DNA of 64,000 bases from an uncultured candidate division Zixibacteria bacterium (GTDB lineage: Bacteria; Zixibacteria; MSB-5A5; GN15; FEB-12), in NCBI GenBank assembly GCA_963664195.1, contig OY760907.1, positions 960,001 to 1,024,000 on the forward strand. The letters are read 5' to 3'. Made by a program: the position numbers and the translations under genes. The notes beneath the pieces are model-generated. The model saw only the letters and a program-made list of their open reading frames with translations. It made no database searches and was not told the DNA's origin. Shown in pieces: positions 9,418 to 19,453 of this stretch; positions within the stretch are counted from its first letter, which is position 1, and every line of letters starts with the position of its first letter.

Positions 9418-10084
9418 CTTCAGTTTCCTCTCTTCTCCTGCGGTGTAACGTCTCAAAGGCGGCCTTCGCGGCCCCGTATCCGATCCCCCGGCGAGAAAGA
9501 TAATTATACGCCTTCTTGCGGGCCGATTCAATATCTATCTGGGCGTACAGGTGCCACTTGCGCTCCAATGCCTCAACCGCAAGACTGGTTTCGTCTCTGT
9601 CCTCGAGCAAATCATCAACAACCCGTTCGGCCAGGGATCGGTCGACCCGCCTCTTCTGTAGCTCCGCGATAATAAAGGTCCGCCCCGAAGGCTTTTTCTC
9701 CAGCGTCCGACGCGCCAGCATTTCGGCAAACCGACGGTCATCCAAAAGACCGTTGCGGACGTACTTCGAAACAACGGATTCAACTGCGTCAGGACCGATC
9801 TCCTTCTGCTTGAGCTTAAAGCGCACCTCACCGACCGAATGTTCCCGATAGCCCAGCATCCGCCCGACCAACCGATCGCACTCATCCACCTCGGCCTCGG
9901 CGATCAACTGCTCAAGCTGCGGCCGGGTGATCACGATCCCCTTTTTGAGCCGATGTTTGAAGACCATACTGATCGACACGACCAGTGGTTCCTTGAGGGT
10001 ACTGACGGACAGTTTGTACCGTCCGGCGAATTCGTACAGTTTGGTGATACGGATTTGCTCGTTTGTAGGCTCGTAATCAGACAT
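9413..10084 (-). CDS. recX: Recombination regulator RecX
   Basis: REHSVGEVRFKL, GLLDDRRFA, ELQKR and YLSRRG motifs; lies directly upstream of alaS. Confidence 0.85.
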   Translation of the reverse strand: MSDYEPTNEQIRITKLYEFAGRYKLSVSTLKEPLVVSISMVFKHRLKKGIVITRPQLEQLIAEAEVDECDRLVGRMLGYREHSVGEVRFKLKQKEIGPDAVESVVSKYVRNGLLDDRRFAEMLARRTLEKKPSGRTFIIAELQKRRVDRSLAERVVDDLLEDRDETSLAVEALERKWHLYAQIDIESARKKAYNYLSRRGIGYGAAKAAFETLHRRRREETED

Positions 10085-10243
10085 AGAGTGCAATAATAAC
10101 CCACGTGTGCGTTACACAAAACAAAAATACGCCGCCCTTCTGTTGCACCTCCGTCAGAATACGCCATCATGCCGCCAAATCCTCCAACTCGCCATGCCCC
10201 TACCCGGCAACAAATTGTGGACAAACTTAACTTGGGTGTTGAC

Positions 10244-10274
10244 TTGACAAAATGTACATTGTATATAATGTCAA
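10244..10274. promoter_or_regulatory. 31-bp imperfect palindrome in the divergent recX/DUF4388 promoter region
   Basis: TTGACAAAATGTACATTGTATATAATGTCAA; it overlaps a TTGACT-N17-TATATA promoter-like arrangement. Confidence 0.55.
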
Positions 10275-10408
10275 ATGAAATTAACTGGCGTAATTCGTTA
10301 GTTAATAGTGGCTTCTGGATTGGTCGATTTATTCCAACTGGATAATTTGTTTTCATACATAGAGATACAAAGCTATCCGGAATGTACTACGGAAAAGCAA
10401 AGGTAACC

Positions 10409-11287
10409 ATGGATCTAGACCTACAGGGTAATATAGAGAAATTCACCCTTCCGGAGATTCTCCAGCTCATCGCCGCCTCACGAAAGTCCGGCACTCTGGG
10501 CATACAGAAGGACGAATCGATCATCATGATCTACTTCCAGGCGGGAGATATCATCTACGGCTACGGCCCCCGCCAGACTTTCCACCTCGGACAACTCCTC
10601 AAGGAACGCGGCAAACTGACCACCGAGCAACTCGAAGAAGCTGTTCAGGCTCAAGCCAAAACCGAAAACACCAAGCGTCTGGGTGAAATTCTGGTCGCCA
10701 AAGGATTTATCGATCGCGCCGACCTTCAGTCAGTCGTCCGGAGTCAGGTAGAGGACCTCCTCTACTCGCTGTTGTCATGGCAGTCCGGGTCGTTCAAGTT
10801 CTACGAAGACCAATTCCCCACCGACGAAGAGATCACGGTCTCATTGTCGGTCGAGAATGTCATCCTCGAGGGGTTGCGACGCATCGATGAAGAATCCATG
10901 ATCAACGACACCCTGCCGGATCTCGACAAAGTCTGCACGATCACCGCCTCTCAGGCCGGAAGGACCCGCTCGGTCACGATGAAAGCCTCCGAGTGGAACG
11001 TCATGGCTCTCGTCAACGGCAAACGGTCCATCAATCAGATCTGCGATGCCTCCCCGATCGGGCGCGAGAAGACGCTCAACCGTCTGGCGCATCTCAATCT
11101 GGCCGGACTGATCACGACTACCGAAAAGATTGCCGAGCCGGAGAACGGTTCCAGTCTCGAGGGTATGATCGGGCGCCTGACCGGACTACTGGAAAACTAC
11201 CTGACGGACAAAGCTACCCCTGTCGTCACCAGAGAGCAGATCGTTACCGAAGCTGTCACCGCAACTTTGGCCGGAGAGGAAGTGTGA
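10409..11287 (+). CDS. DUF4388 (PATAN-like) domain protein
   Basis: LQGNIEKFTLPEILQLI...KSGTL, LGEILV, LLSWQSGSFKF and ILEGLRRIDE motifs; possible C-terminal winged-helix segment. Confidence 0.85.
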   Translation: MDLDLQGNIEKFTLPEILQLIAASRKSGTLGIQKDESIIMIYFQAGDIIYGYGPRQTFHLGQLLKERGKLTTEQLEEAVQAQAKTENTKRLGEILVAKGFIDRADLQSVVRSQVEDLLYSLLSWQSGSFKFYEDQFPTDEEITVSLSVENVILEGLRRIDEESMINDTLPDLDKVCTITASQAGRTRSVTMKASEWNVMALVNGKRSINQICDASPIGREKTLNRLAHLNLAGLITTTEKIAEPENGSSLEGMIGRLTGLLENYLTDKATPVVTREQIVTEAVTATLAGEEV

Positions 11288-12006
11288 GCCGGGCACAAAC
11301 GCTCAAATCGCTTGAGGTTGTACTCGAGTCGTTCCTCGACCGGGCGGTAGCTCTCAAAGAGCAGCGGCTTGAAGTTCTCGGCGGCATTAACCGCCTGGAC
11401 GACATAGCCCGCGGTGTACAGCGAGGCGAGGACTTCACCGATCAAATGGGCGGCTGGTTCGCCGAACACAGCCAGTGGCTCAACAGCGAGACACTTCGGG
11501 CCGGCGACCGTAACCGTATCGGCGGTATTCTGGGCGAGATCAAAAAAGAACTGGGAGTCTCCGAATACTCCTCCCCCGCCATCCACAAGATTTCCAGCGA
11601 GATCGACCGCTGGACGCCCTCAGGCGCCTCACCGACACCTGACAATCGGTTGGGAGTCAAGGCCGAACACAATCAGCGATCAGAGGGTGCGGGCCGACGA
11701 GTCATCGTACTGAGACGGGGTGCAGAGGCTGCCGAGGAGTCACAGGTTGACTCTATCTCGCTGTTTGGCACTACCTTAGAGCAAATAACCGCTCTCTTCA
11801 AGGACGTTGCCGGCAACCGAAAACATTTGATGTCGGTACTCGACGATGCCCTGGAATCGGCTAAGATCCAAAACAATAAAGAGGCCTTGCTTTTGTCGGC
11901 GCTCATTATATATTATCTGAAGCAAAACGGCTACAAAACGGAGCCGTTTGTGAAGCGGCTAAAAACTGCCGAACGCCTGCACGAAAGGACGGAGAGTAAT
12001 GCTTAA
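11284..12006 (+). CDS. Hypothetical helical protein
   Basis: GTG overlaps the upstream TGA (GTGA coupling), with GGAGAGG upstream. No recognisable motif. Confidence 0.65.
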   Translation: MSRAQTLKSLEVVLESFLDRAVALKEQRLEVLGGINRLDDIARGVQRGEDFTDQMGGWFAEHSQWLNSETLRAGDRNRIGGILGEIKKELGVSEYSSPAIHKISSEIDRWTPSGASPTPDNRLGVKAEHNQRSEGAGRRVIVLRRGAEAAEESQVDSISLFGTTLEQITALFKDVAGNRKHLMSVLDDALESAKIQNNKEALLLSALIIYYLKQNGYKTEPFVKRLKTAERLHERTESNA

Positions 12007-12247
12007 TTCTTCGGAGAAAGCATATTGTCTGGCCCTGCAGGCATTGAAGCAGAAACAGTACCGTCAGGCTGTCGATCAGTTTGAGCGGGCGGTTTCCTTT
12101 TTTGATGCTAACAAGGAATTCCACCTGCTGCACGAAACGACCCGACTGCTGGTAGCGGTACAGGAAGAGTTAGCCGCGCTGGAAAACGAAGATACGCTGA
12201 TAATCGAGGAGGTCTTTTCAGATGGCCAAGAAGCAAACCTTCCTTGA
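11999..12247 (+). CDS. Small hypothetical protein with a single TPR-like helix pair
   Basis: RBS GGAG; overlaps its neighbours; AY..ALQAL..KQY..AV..FE.A pattern. Confidence 0.6.
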   Translation: MLNSSEKAYCLALQALKQKQYRQAVDQFERAVSFFDANKEFHLLHETTRLLVAVQEELAALENEDTLIIEEVFSDGQEANLP

Positions 12248-12410
12248 CAAAACGAAGTCAAAGGAATCCGGTCACATTTGTCCGATTTGTGACGCAGAAT
12301 TCCAGTTTGTCAAGCACGTCAAAGCCGTGAAAGCGGAGAACGACGCGTGGAAGTTCCGCACGGTAAACGCCCGTGTGTGCAAGTGCAACGAGAAAGAGAT
12401 CTACGCCTAA
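12222..12410 (+). CDS. Small basic Cys4 protein, DUF4295/bL38-like (tentative)
   Basis: Strong RBS GAGGAGG; MAKK start; VKHVKAVK...AWKF segment; CPIC...CKC; followed by a terminator. Confidence 0.55.
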   Translation: MAKKQTFLDKTKSKESGHICPICDAEFQFVKHVKAVKAENDAWKFRTVNARVCKCNEKEIYA

Positions 12411-12437
12411 GCAGACCTCTCGACATTGCCAAATCTC

Positions 12438-12468
12438 AAAAGCTCCCTTAACCGGGAGCTTTTTTTTT
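12438..12468 (+). terminator. Rho-independent terminator
   Basis: AAAAGCTCCC-TTAACC-GGGAGCTTTT hairpin plus a T run. Confidence 0.85.
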
Positions 12469-12476
12469 GGTATGAA

Positions 12477-12504
12477 CAAGTCACACTGAGCCTGTCGAAG
12501 TGTG
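12477..12504 (+). repeat. REP-like family B copy
   Basis: CAAGTCACACTGAGCCTGTCGAAGTGTG; related copies at 48451, 54712 and 54777 (minus). Confidence 0.75.
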
Positions 12505-12606
12505 CACCTTGCTTAAATGCCTTGGTGCCCCACAGCCCTCCTTCGGCGGGTCTACGACTTGCCGTGGGATTGGATTCTGGGTGAAGGAGTACTCCCCAGT
12601 AAATCT

Positions 12607-12855
12607 TTAGTCTCCAAAATTCAGCAGAATGACAACCTCACCTTTGTCGTCAAGTACACCAGAAAAGCGCATCCCTGCAATGTATAAATCTACTTCGTGC
12701 TGCCAACCATCCTTCTTGAACAACTCGTCGTCAAACCGTACTCGCATTCTGAACTCGGCACCGCTAATGGAACTCAAGTACGGATAATCCTCACGTCCAC
12801 TGAACGTTATGTTCTGACCGTAGAATCTAACTCCCAGATTCCTCTTGCTGGCCAC
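12607..12855 (-). pseudogene. AT-richer orphan ORF fragment between REP elements
   Basis: 82-aa ORF that starts at the edge of a REP doublet; no clear RBS. Confidence 0.35.
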
Positions 12856-12856
12856 T

Positions 12857-12924
12857 GGGTGGCCGGCTCAAACTCGTTTGGGCCGGTTCAAATACCCCTC
12901 CAAACAAGTTTGAAGGGGCCACCC
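12857..12924. repeat. REP family A inverted doublet (REPIN-like)
   Basis: GGGTGGCCGGCTCAAACTCGTTTGGGCCGG, a short spacer, then CCCCTCCAAACAAGTTTGAAGGGGCCACCC. The same architecture occurs inverted at 24509..24576. Confidence 0.85.
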
Positions 12925-13071
12925 GGAATGACGGTGTTCATCCTCGTCGCATCCCTACTCCCCCTTGTAATCCCCCGCAAAAGAACGTATATTTTCCGTC
13001 GCCGTTACGCCCAACGCGTAGAACGGCATAACCGTATGGAAATGAGCATGAGACAGCCGGATGAACCTGAC

Positions 13072-13830
13072 ATGACCGACGCCCAGAAGACCAAAGGGGC
13101 GACATCCGGCCAACCAGCTGACCGCAAGGTCGTCCCCTCTCGCAGGGAAGTCTGGAAGATGTTCGACCGGATCGCCTGGCGATACGATCTGCTCAACCAT
13201 CTCCTCTCAGCCAATCAGGACAAAGCCTGGCGCAAGCGGCTCACCGCTTTGCTCCCCGGGGGCAACGATCTGAAGGCCCTCGATCTGGCAAGCGGCACCG
13301 GTGATCAGCTACTCGCCCTCCACGACAGCGGTCGCATCAAACACGGAGTCGGCACCGATCTCGCCGAGAAGATGCTCGCAATCGGACGAGAGAAAATCAC
13401 CGCGCGCGGGCTGAACGATTCGCTCGAACTCAAGACCGGCGACGCGCAGAACATCCCGTTTGAGGATGACCGGTTCGATGCCGTCACGATTTCGTTCGGC
13501 ATTCGCAACATGACCGATGTCTCCCTCGCGCTCCGTGAAATGCACCGCGTCCTCAAACCGGGCGGTCGGGCACTGATACTCGAATTCTCCCTGCCGACCA
13601 ACGGGTTCGTTCGGTGGGGGTATTTGCTATACTTTAGACACGTACTTCCGACACTCGGTAAGAAAATCTCGGGCGATGACGGCGCGTATCGCTACCTCAA
13701 CGAAACGGTCGAAACCTTCCCCTACGGTCAGGCGTTCTGCGACCTGATGACCGACGCCGGATTCCAAAACGTGAAAGACAACCGCCTGACGCTCGGCATT
13801 GCGTCGATATACCAGGGCGACAAGATATGA
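13072..13830 (+). CDS. menG: Demethylmenaquinone methyltransferase (UbiE/MenG)
   Basis: MFDRIA..YDLLNHLLS, LDLASGTGD, FGIRN, RVLKPGG and AYRYL motifs; start codon approximate. Confidence 0.92.
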   Translation: MTDAQKTKGATSGQPADRKVVPSRREVWKMFDRIAWRYDLLNHLLSANQDKAWRKRLTALLPGGNDLKALDLASGTGDQLLALHDSGRIKHGVGTDLAEKMLAIGREKITARGLNDSLELKTGDAQNIPFEDDRFDAVTISFGIRNMTDVSLALREMHRVLKPGGRALILEFSLPTNGFVRWGYLLYFRHVLPTLGKKISGDDGAYRYLNETVETFPYGQAFCDLMTDAGFQNVKDNRLTLGIASIYQGDKI

Positions 13831-15194
13831 GTATGGTAGCTGACAAATATACGTTCCAAGCCGCCGTTGCACAGCTTGCCAACAGGATCAAGATGGCTGT
13901 CGGCATGCGTTCACAGTTGGAATCGAAAAACAGATTCGCACTGCGACTGGAAACACAGATCAACCCCGTTGACCCGCTGCTCTGGCTCGCCTCTCAAAAC
14001 TGCGACGCGCATACCTACTGGCGCGGTCGCGACGGTGATTTCGAGATGGCCGGGGTTGGTGCGGCATCTGTGTGCAATCAGATCAGCGAGATCAACACCA
14101 ACTGCAACGACGACCTGCGATACTTCGGAGGCCTTCGGTTTGACACGCAGCGCCCGCCCGAAGAGCAGGACGCAATATGGAAGCCGTTTGCTGCTTCCCG
14201 ATTCGTCCTGCCCCGTTTTGAGCTGATCGCCGAACCTGACAGACACACGCTCGTCTGCAATCTTCTTGTCGAAGAGCTGACGGCCGAGTGCCTTGGGCAC
14301 ATTAACCACGAGTTGAGTGAGCTATCTGCCGAACATCCGTGGGACGAAAGCGCACCGCTCTCCCAGGTCAGCCGTGTTGACAATCCCGACCAGCAAGGCT
14401 GGGCCAGTTCTATCGCAAATGCCTTACAATCGATAAAGGCGGGGCGTCTGGAAAAGATCGTCCTGGCCCGACGAAGCGATGTCGAGTCTTCGCATAACAT
14501 CAATCCGTGGCAACTCCTGGCGAAACTCCGCGAGACCACCGAGGCCTGTACACTGTTCGGCATTCAGCCGGAGCCGGGCGCTGTTTTCGTCGGCGCGACA
14601 CCGGAACGTCTCTACGCCCGCCACGGTGACCAAATCAAGAGCGAAGCAATTGCAGGCACCCGACCGCGCGGCACGGATTCAAAAGAGGATGAACGGTTGG
14701 CCGACGAACTCACCGCCTCGATTAAGGACAATGTCGAGCATCAGTATGTGGTCAAGAGCATTGCCGGGCATCTCGAAGCACTCAGTCAATCCGTAACCGT
14801 CGCCGAGCGACCACACATCCTGAAGCTCGCCCGCGTACAGCATCTCAAGACAGATATCTCGGCTCGTCTCAACGACCACGTCTCCGATGCTGATCTGGTA
14901 AACACGCTGCATCCAACTCCGGCGGTCGGCGGCGTTCCGGATGATCTGGCGCGCGAGGAAATTGCATGGCTGGAGCCGTTTGATCGCGGCTGGTATGCCG
15001 GGCCAGTAGGTTGGGTAGGATCGGGACGCTCAGAATTTGCAGTTGCGATTCGTTCCGCCCTCGTGGCCGACAATCGCTTGATGCTGTTCGGCGGGGCGGG
15101 AATCGTGAACGGCTCTACCGCCGAATACGAATGGCAGGAAATCGAATATAAAACTTCGCTGTTTGTTAGCACGTTGACCGACGAAAACAAATGA
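13827..15194 (+). CDS. menF: Isochorismate synthase
   Basis: KIVLAR, GATPERL, EAIAGT, LHPTPAVGG, FDRGWYAG and FAVAIRS motifs. Confidence 0.93.
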   Translation: MSMVADKYTFQAAVAQLANRIKMAVGMRSQLESKNRFALRLETQINPVDPLLWLASQNCDAHTYWRGRDGDFEMAGVGAASVCNQISEINTNCNDDLRYFGGLRFDTQRPPEEQDAIWKPFAASRFVLPRFELIAEPDRHTLVCNLLVEELTAECLGHINHELSELSAEHPWDESAPLSQVSRVDNPDQQGWASSIANALQSIKAGRLEKIVLARRSDVESSHNINPWQLLAKLRETTEACTLFGIQPEPGAVFVGATPERLYARHGDQIKSEAIAGTRPRGTDSKEDERLADELTASIKDNVEHQYVVKSIAGHLEALSQSVTVAERPHILKLARVQHLKTDISARLNDHVSDADLVNTLHPTPAVGGVPDDLAREEIAWLEPFDRGWYAGPVGWVGSGRSEFAVAIRSALVADNRLMLFGGAGIVNGSTAEYEWQEIEYKTSLFVSTLTDENK

Positions 15195-16933
15195 ATACAG
15201 TCAATGTCAACGCCTTCCATACTGACCTGATCGTGGAAGAACTGACCCGCTGCGGGATCACATTCTTCTGCGTCTCCCCCGGTTCGCGTTCGACTCCGCT
15301 CACACTCGCCGTCGCTGCCAACTCGAAAGCTACATCCCGGATACATTTCGATGAACGCGGCGCGGCTTTCTATGCTCTCGGTTACGTCAGAGCGATCGGC
15401 AAACCGGCCGTGCTCGTTTGTACGTCGGGAACTGCGGTGGCCAATTATCTCCCGGCGGTAGTCGAAGCCTCAAACGATGCCCTCCCGTTGATTCTCATCA
15501 CAGCAGACCGACCGCCAGAGCTACAGGATTGCGGCGCGAACCAGACGATCACACAACCGGGGATTTTCGGCAGCTTTGTCCGCCACGAAGCAAATCTCGA
15601 ATGCCCGTCAGCCGATACCGATCCGACAGACATACTGCAACAAATCGATCTCGCAGTATCGAAAGCGCTTGAAGCGCCGTACGGCCCCGTCCATATTAAC
15701 TGTCAATTCCGGGAGCCGCTGGCGCCGGTCGAGGACGGCAGCGATCTGTCGAACTCCCTCTCACGTCTCGGAGACTGGCAGGCATCACAAATGCCCTTCT
15801 CGAGTAGCGAGAGTCAGCCCTTCACAGTCAGCACCGATCTGATCCAGCGATTAGCGGACAGGATAAATGCCACTAGCGGCCTGCTGATCGTCGGCCGACT
15901 TTTCGACAGCGAACAACGCGACCCCGTTCTTTCGCTTGTCGACAAACTCCGCTGGCCGGTCTTTGCCGACGCAACTTCAGGTCTGAGCGCAATCGATCAT
16001 GAGTGCATTATTCATCATTTTGATCTGCTGCTTCAGTCAGAAACCTTCCGGTCATCGGTCTGCCACAGGCAGGTGCTCCATATCGGCGGACAATATGTCT
16101 CCAAGCGACTTCTGCAATTCATCGAGAGCGCTGAACTTGAAGGCTACATCCATATCGGCAACGATCCACGCCCCAAAGACCCCGGCCGCCGAGTCACCGA
16201 CAATGTCACGTGCAATATTGCCAGGTGCTGCGAAGCACTCGTGCCGCTCGTTGACGCGTGCGATGGTAACAAAGGCTGGCGGCGGCAGTCGAGTACCGCC
16301 GAGACGGTCATCGCCGAAGAGTGTAAGGCGACACCCGAAGCAACCGAGCCAGGTATCGTCCGCGCCCTACTTGAGAATCGTCACAAGGGTGGCGGGCTTT
16401 TCATCGCATCGAGTATGCCAATACGGAACATCGATATGTTTGCAGGTCCCGGTCACGGATCGTTGAAGATCGGGGCCAATCGCGGAGCCAGCGGGATTGA
16501 CGGGACAATTGCCTCTGCCGCCGGATACGCCGTTGGCCTAGACAAACCTGTCACGCTCTTAATCGGCGACCTCGCCTGTCTGCATGATCTGAATTCTCTC
16601 GCATTGCTGAACAACAACTCACAGTCTGTGACGGTCGTCATACTCAACAACAACGGCGGACGCATTTTCGAACACCTTCCGGTCGCAGAGTTCAAAGAGC
16701 ACTTCGAAAGCTGTTTCGTCACACCGCACGGCCTGTCTTTTGAACATGCCGCACAGATGTTCAACCTTCCATACGAGTGCGTCAACACCACGGATGCTTT
16801 CGTTCAATCGTACACCAAGGCCCAGGACAGATTGATATCCACGGTGATTGAAGTCACGGTCGACCCGACAACAAACCGCACGACTCATCGCTGCATTGTC
16901 GAACGCATAAAGCACGAGTTGGACGAGGGCTGA
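15191..16933 (+). CDS. menD: SEPHCHC synthase
   Basis: SPGSRSTPL, DERGAAF, CTSGTA, TADRP, NRGASGIDG and NNNGGRIF motifs. Confidence 0.95.
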   Translation: MNTVNVNAFHTDLIVEELTRCGITFFCVSPGSRSTPLTLAVAANSKATSRIHFDERGAAFYALGYVRAIGKPAVLVCTSGTAVANYLPAVVEASNDALPLILITADRPPELQDCGANQTITQPGIFGSFVRHEANLECPSADTDPTDILQQIDLAVSKALEAPYGPVHINCQFREPLAPVEDGSDLSNSLSRLGDWQASQMPFSSSESQPFTVSTDLIQRLADRINATSGLLIVGRLFDSEQRDPVLSLVDKLRWPVFADATSGLSAIDHECIIHHFDLLLQSETFRSSVCHRQVLHIGGQYVSKRLLQFIESAELEGYIHIGNDPRPKDPGRRVTDNVTCNIARCCEALVPLVDACDGNKGWRRQSSTAETVIAEECKATPEATEPGIVRALLENRHKGGGLFIASSMPIRNIDMFAGPGHGSLKIGANRGASGIDGTIASAAGYAVGLDKPVTLLIGDLACLHDLNSLALLNNNSQSVTVVILNNNGGRIFEHLPVAEFKEHFESCFVTPHGLSFEHAAQMFNLPYECVNTTDAFVQSYTKAQDRLISTVIEVTVDPTTNRTTHRCIVERIKHELDEG

Positions 16934-16935
16934 CT

Positions 16936-17736
16936 ATGTCCGAAGTCAACGCGCTCAAATTTGCTTACACCGAAAGTCCGGGTGCGCCGGTTATTCTCTA
17001 TCTCCACGGCTTCATGGGTTGCAAAGAGGACTGGGAGGAGGTTGTGTCAATCACAGGTGACCGCTTCAGTCATCTCCGAATCGACATACCCGGTCGCATT
17101 CCCAGCGGATTCACCGACTCTGACTATACCATGCCCGGTTGCGGACAATTAGTCGCCGGACTCCTCAATGACCTCGGGGTCGGTCAATGCCATATCGTCG
17201 GGTATTCAATGGGTGGACGGCTGGCGCTCTACTTCGCCGTTCATCATGCAGACCGAGTCGGAGGTATTGTCATTGAATCCGGATCGCCCGGCCTCAGAAC
17301 CGAACGCGAACAGAACGAACGAATCCACCGCGACAGACAACTCGCAGAAGCAATCATTCAGGGCGACCTTGAGTCGTTCGTGAGCACGTGGTACGCACAA
17401 CCGTTGTTTGCCGAGATGGACCAAACCTCAGATCGATTCAAGCGCCTGCTTGAACGACGTCTGACTTCGGATCGCATCGAGCTGGCCAAGTCACTTCGGT
17501 ACATGGGCACCGGCGTCCAACCTTCCCTGTGGAAGCGGCTTCCGACCGTTTCTTCACACCTGCTTTTCCTCACGGGAGAGAAGGATGCCAAGTTCCGGGC
17601 AATTGGCGCTGAAACGGCTGACTTGTGTCCGCGCGGTGAACTTGCTATAATTGCCGGTGCCGGCCACAACATCCATTTCGAGCAGCCGGAGGAGTATTGT
17701 TCACGGATATGCAGATTCTTCGATAGAGATAGTTGA
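16936..17736 (+). CDS. menH: SHCHC synthase (alpha/beta hydrolase)
   Basis: LHGFMG, GYSMGGR, WYAQPLF and AGHN motifs. Confidence 0.92.
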   Translation: MSEVNALKFAYTESPGAPVILYLHGFMGCKEDWEEVVSITGDRFSHLRIDIPGRIPSGFTDSDYTMPGCGQLVAGLLNDLGVGQCHIVGYSMGGRLALYFAVHHADRVGGIVIESGSPGLRTEREQNERIHRDRQLAEAIIQGDLESFVSTWYAQPLFAEMDQTSDRFKRLLERRLTSDRIELAKSLRYMGTGVQPSLWKRLPTVSSHLLFLTGEKDAKFRAIGAETADLCPRGELAIIAGAGHNIHFEQPEEYCSRICRFFDRDS

Positions 17737-17743
17737 GGCAGAT

Positions 17744-18565
17744 ATGAGTTCATTTGACTGGAAAGAAGCGGGCGACTACACCGACATCAAGTATCACAAG
17801 CTCGACGGTATCGCCAAGATCACGATTAGTCGACCGAAGAAGCGTAACGCCTTTCGGCCGCTCACGGTGCAGGAAATGTCGGCTGCTCTTCAGGATGCCC
17901 GCATGGATTCCGAGATTGGCGTGGTCATACTCACCGGCGAAGGTGACAAGGCGTTCTGTTCCGGCGGTGATCAGAGCATTCGCGGCGATGCCGGCTACGC
18001 AGATGAGGAAGGCGTCCATCACTTAAACGTGCTCGATTTTCAGCGCCAGATACGTACCCTGCCAAAACCTGTTATCGCGATGGTGGCAGGATACGCAATC
18101 GGCGGCGGTCACGTACTGCACTTGATGTGTGATATCACAATAGCCGCCGAGAACGCCGTGTTCGGACAGACCGGACCCAGAGTTGGCTCGTTCGACGGAG
18201 GCTACGGATCATGCTACATGGCGAGAATCGTCGGCCAGAAGAAGGCACGTGAGATCTGGTTCCTCTGCCGTCAGTACAACGCCAAGCAGGCACTGGATAT
18301 GGGACTGGTCAACAAGGTTGTCGAGTACGAACGGCTCGAAGACGAGACCGTGAAGTGGTGCCGCGAGATTCTTTCCAACTCACCGATGGCCATCCGATGT
18401 CTGAAAGCCGCACTTAACGCCGACTGCGACGGTCAGGCCGGACTGCAGGAACTCGCCGGCAACGCCACCATGTTATTCTATATGAGTAAAGAAGGCCAGG
18501 AAGGGCGCAACGCCTTCAACGAAAAACGCAAACCTGACTTTTCCAAATTCCCGCGCCAACCGTAA
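17744..18565 (+). CDS. menB: 1,4-dihydroxy-2-naphthoyl-CoA synthase
   Basis: [21 protein letters not shown] and [13 protein letters not shown] motifs. Confidence 0.97.
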   Translation: MSSFDWKEAGDYTDIKYHKLDGIAKITISRPKKRNAFRPLTVQEMSAALQDARMDSEIGVVILTGEGDKAFCSGGDQSIRGDAGYADEEGVHHLNVLDFQRQIRTLPKPVIAMVAGYAIGGGHVLHLMCDITIAAENAVFGQTGPRVGSFDGGYGSCYMARIVGQKKAREIWFLCRQYNAKQALDMGLVNKVVEYERLEDETVKWCREILSNSPMAIRCLKAALNADCDGQAGLQELAGNATMLFYMSKEGQEGRNAFNEKRKPDFSKFPRQP

Positions 18566-18574
18566 GGCTACAAG

Positions 18575-19453
18575 ATGCCTCAATCCGCGCTCAGCGTCTG
18601 GCTTCTTGCCGCTCGTCCGAAGACACTTCCGGCAGCCACAGCACCTGTGATTATTGGGAGTGCGATGGCATATGCCGATGGCGGCTTCTCTCTGCCTGTC
18701 GCAATGGCTGCGGCGCTCGGTGCGTTGTTCATCCAGATCGGGACCAACTTCGCCAACGACTATTTCGATTTCAAAAAAGGGACCGACGACGGGGACCGTC
18801 TCGGTCCCACCCGCGCGACCCAGGCCGGATGGGTCACCCCCTCGGCCATGAAGACGGCCACGGCGATTGCGTTCGGAATCGCATTTCTCATAGGAATCTA
18901 TCTCGTCTTTCGCGGCGGCTGGCCGGTTGTCGCAATAGGGCTAACGTCTATCCTGTTTGGCGTTCTTTACACGGGCGGCCCCTGCCCGCTCGGCTACAAC
19001 GGACTGGCGGATATTTTCGTGCTGATTTTTTTCGGTCCGGTAGCGGTCGGCGGAACGTACTACGTCCAGACTCTGACAATCACTACGCCGGTCATTATGG
19101 CCGGATTGGCTCCGGGACTGTTCTCCGTGGCTATCCTGACCGTCAACAACCTTCGTGACATAGAAAACGACCGAGCCGGCGGCAAAAAGACGCTCGCGGT
19201 CCGGTTCGGAAAACGTTTCTCAATAGTGGAGTACATTGCCTCTGTCGCTGTGGCCTGTGCGATTCCGGCAGTCTTGTTGATGTACGACGGACCGCCGTTT
19301 GCTCTCCTCGCCTGTGGCACAGTTGTGCTTAGCCTTCCGCAAATCAAATCCGTACGAACGATCACCGGGCGGGAATTAAACAACACGTTAGCTGCAACCG
19401 GCAGTGCTCTGCTGATATACAGCTTGTTGTTTTCCATCGGATGGATATTGTGA
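18575..19453 (+). CDS. menA: DHNA prenyltransferase
   Basis: [17 protein letters not shown] and [19 protein letters not shown] motifs. Confidence 0.95.
   Translation: MPQSALSVWLLAARPKTLPAATAPVIIGSAMAYADGGFSLPVAMAAALGALFIQIGTNFANDYFDFKKGTDDGDRLGPTRATQAGWVTPSAMKTATAIAFGIAFLIGIYLVFRGGWPVVAIGLTSILFGVLYTGGPCPLGYNGLADIFVLIFFGPVAVGGTYYVQTLTITTPVIMAGLAPGLFSVAILTVNNLRDIENDRAGGKKTLAVRFGKRFSIVEYIASVAVACAIPAVLLMYDGPPFALLACGTVVLSLPQIKSVRTITGRELNNTLAATGSALLIYSLLFSIGWIL

Noticed and set aside
10993..11283. N-terminal extension of the 10993..12006 ORF
   Set aside because: It overlaps the DUF4388 gene in another frame; the GTG at 11284 with an RBS and stop overlap is more plausible.
12697..13071. 125-aa N-terminal extension of MenG
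   Set aside because: It runs through a REP doublet and non-coding DNA; methyltransferase similarity begins only after about 13072.
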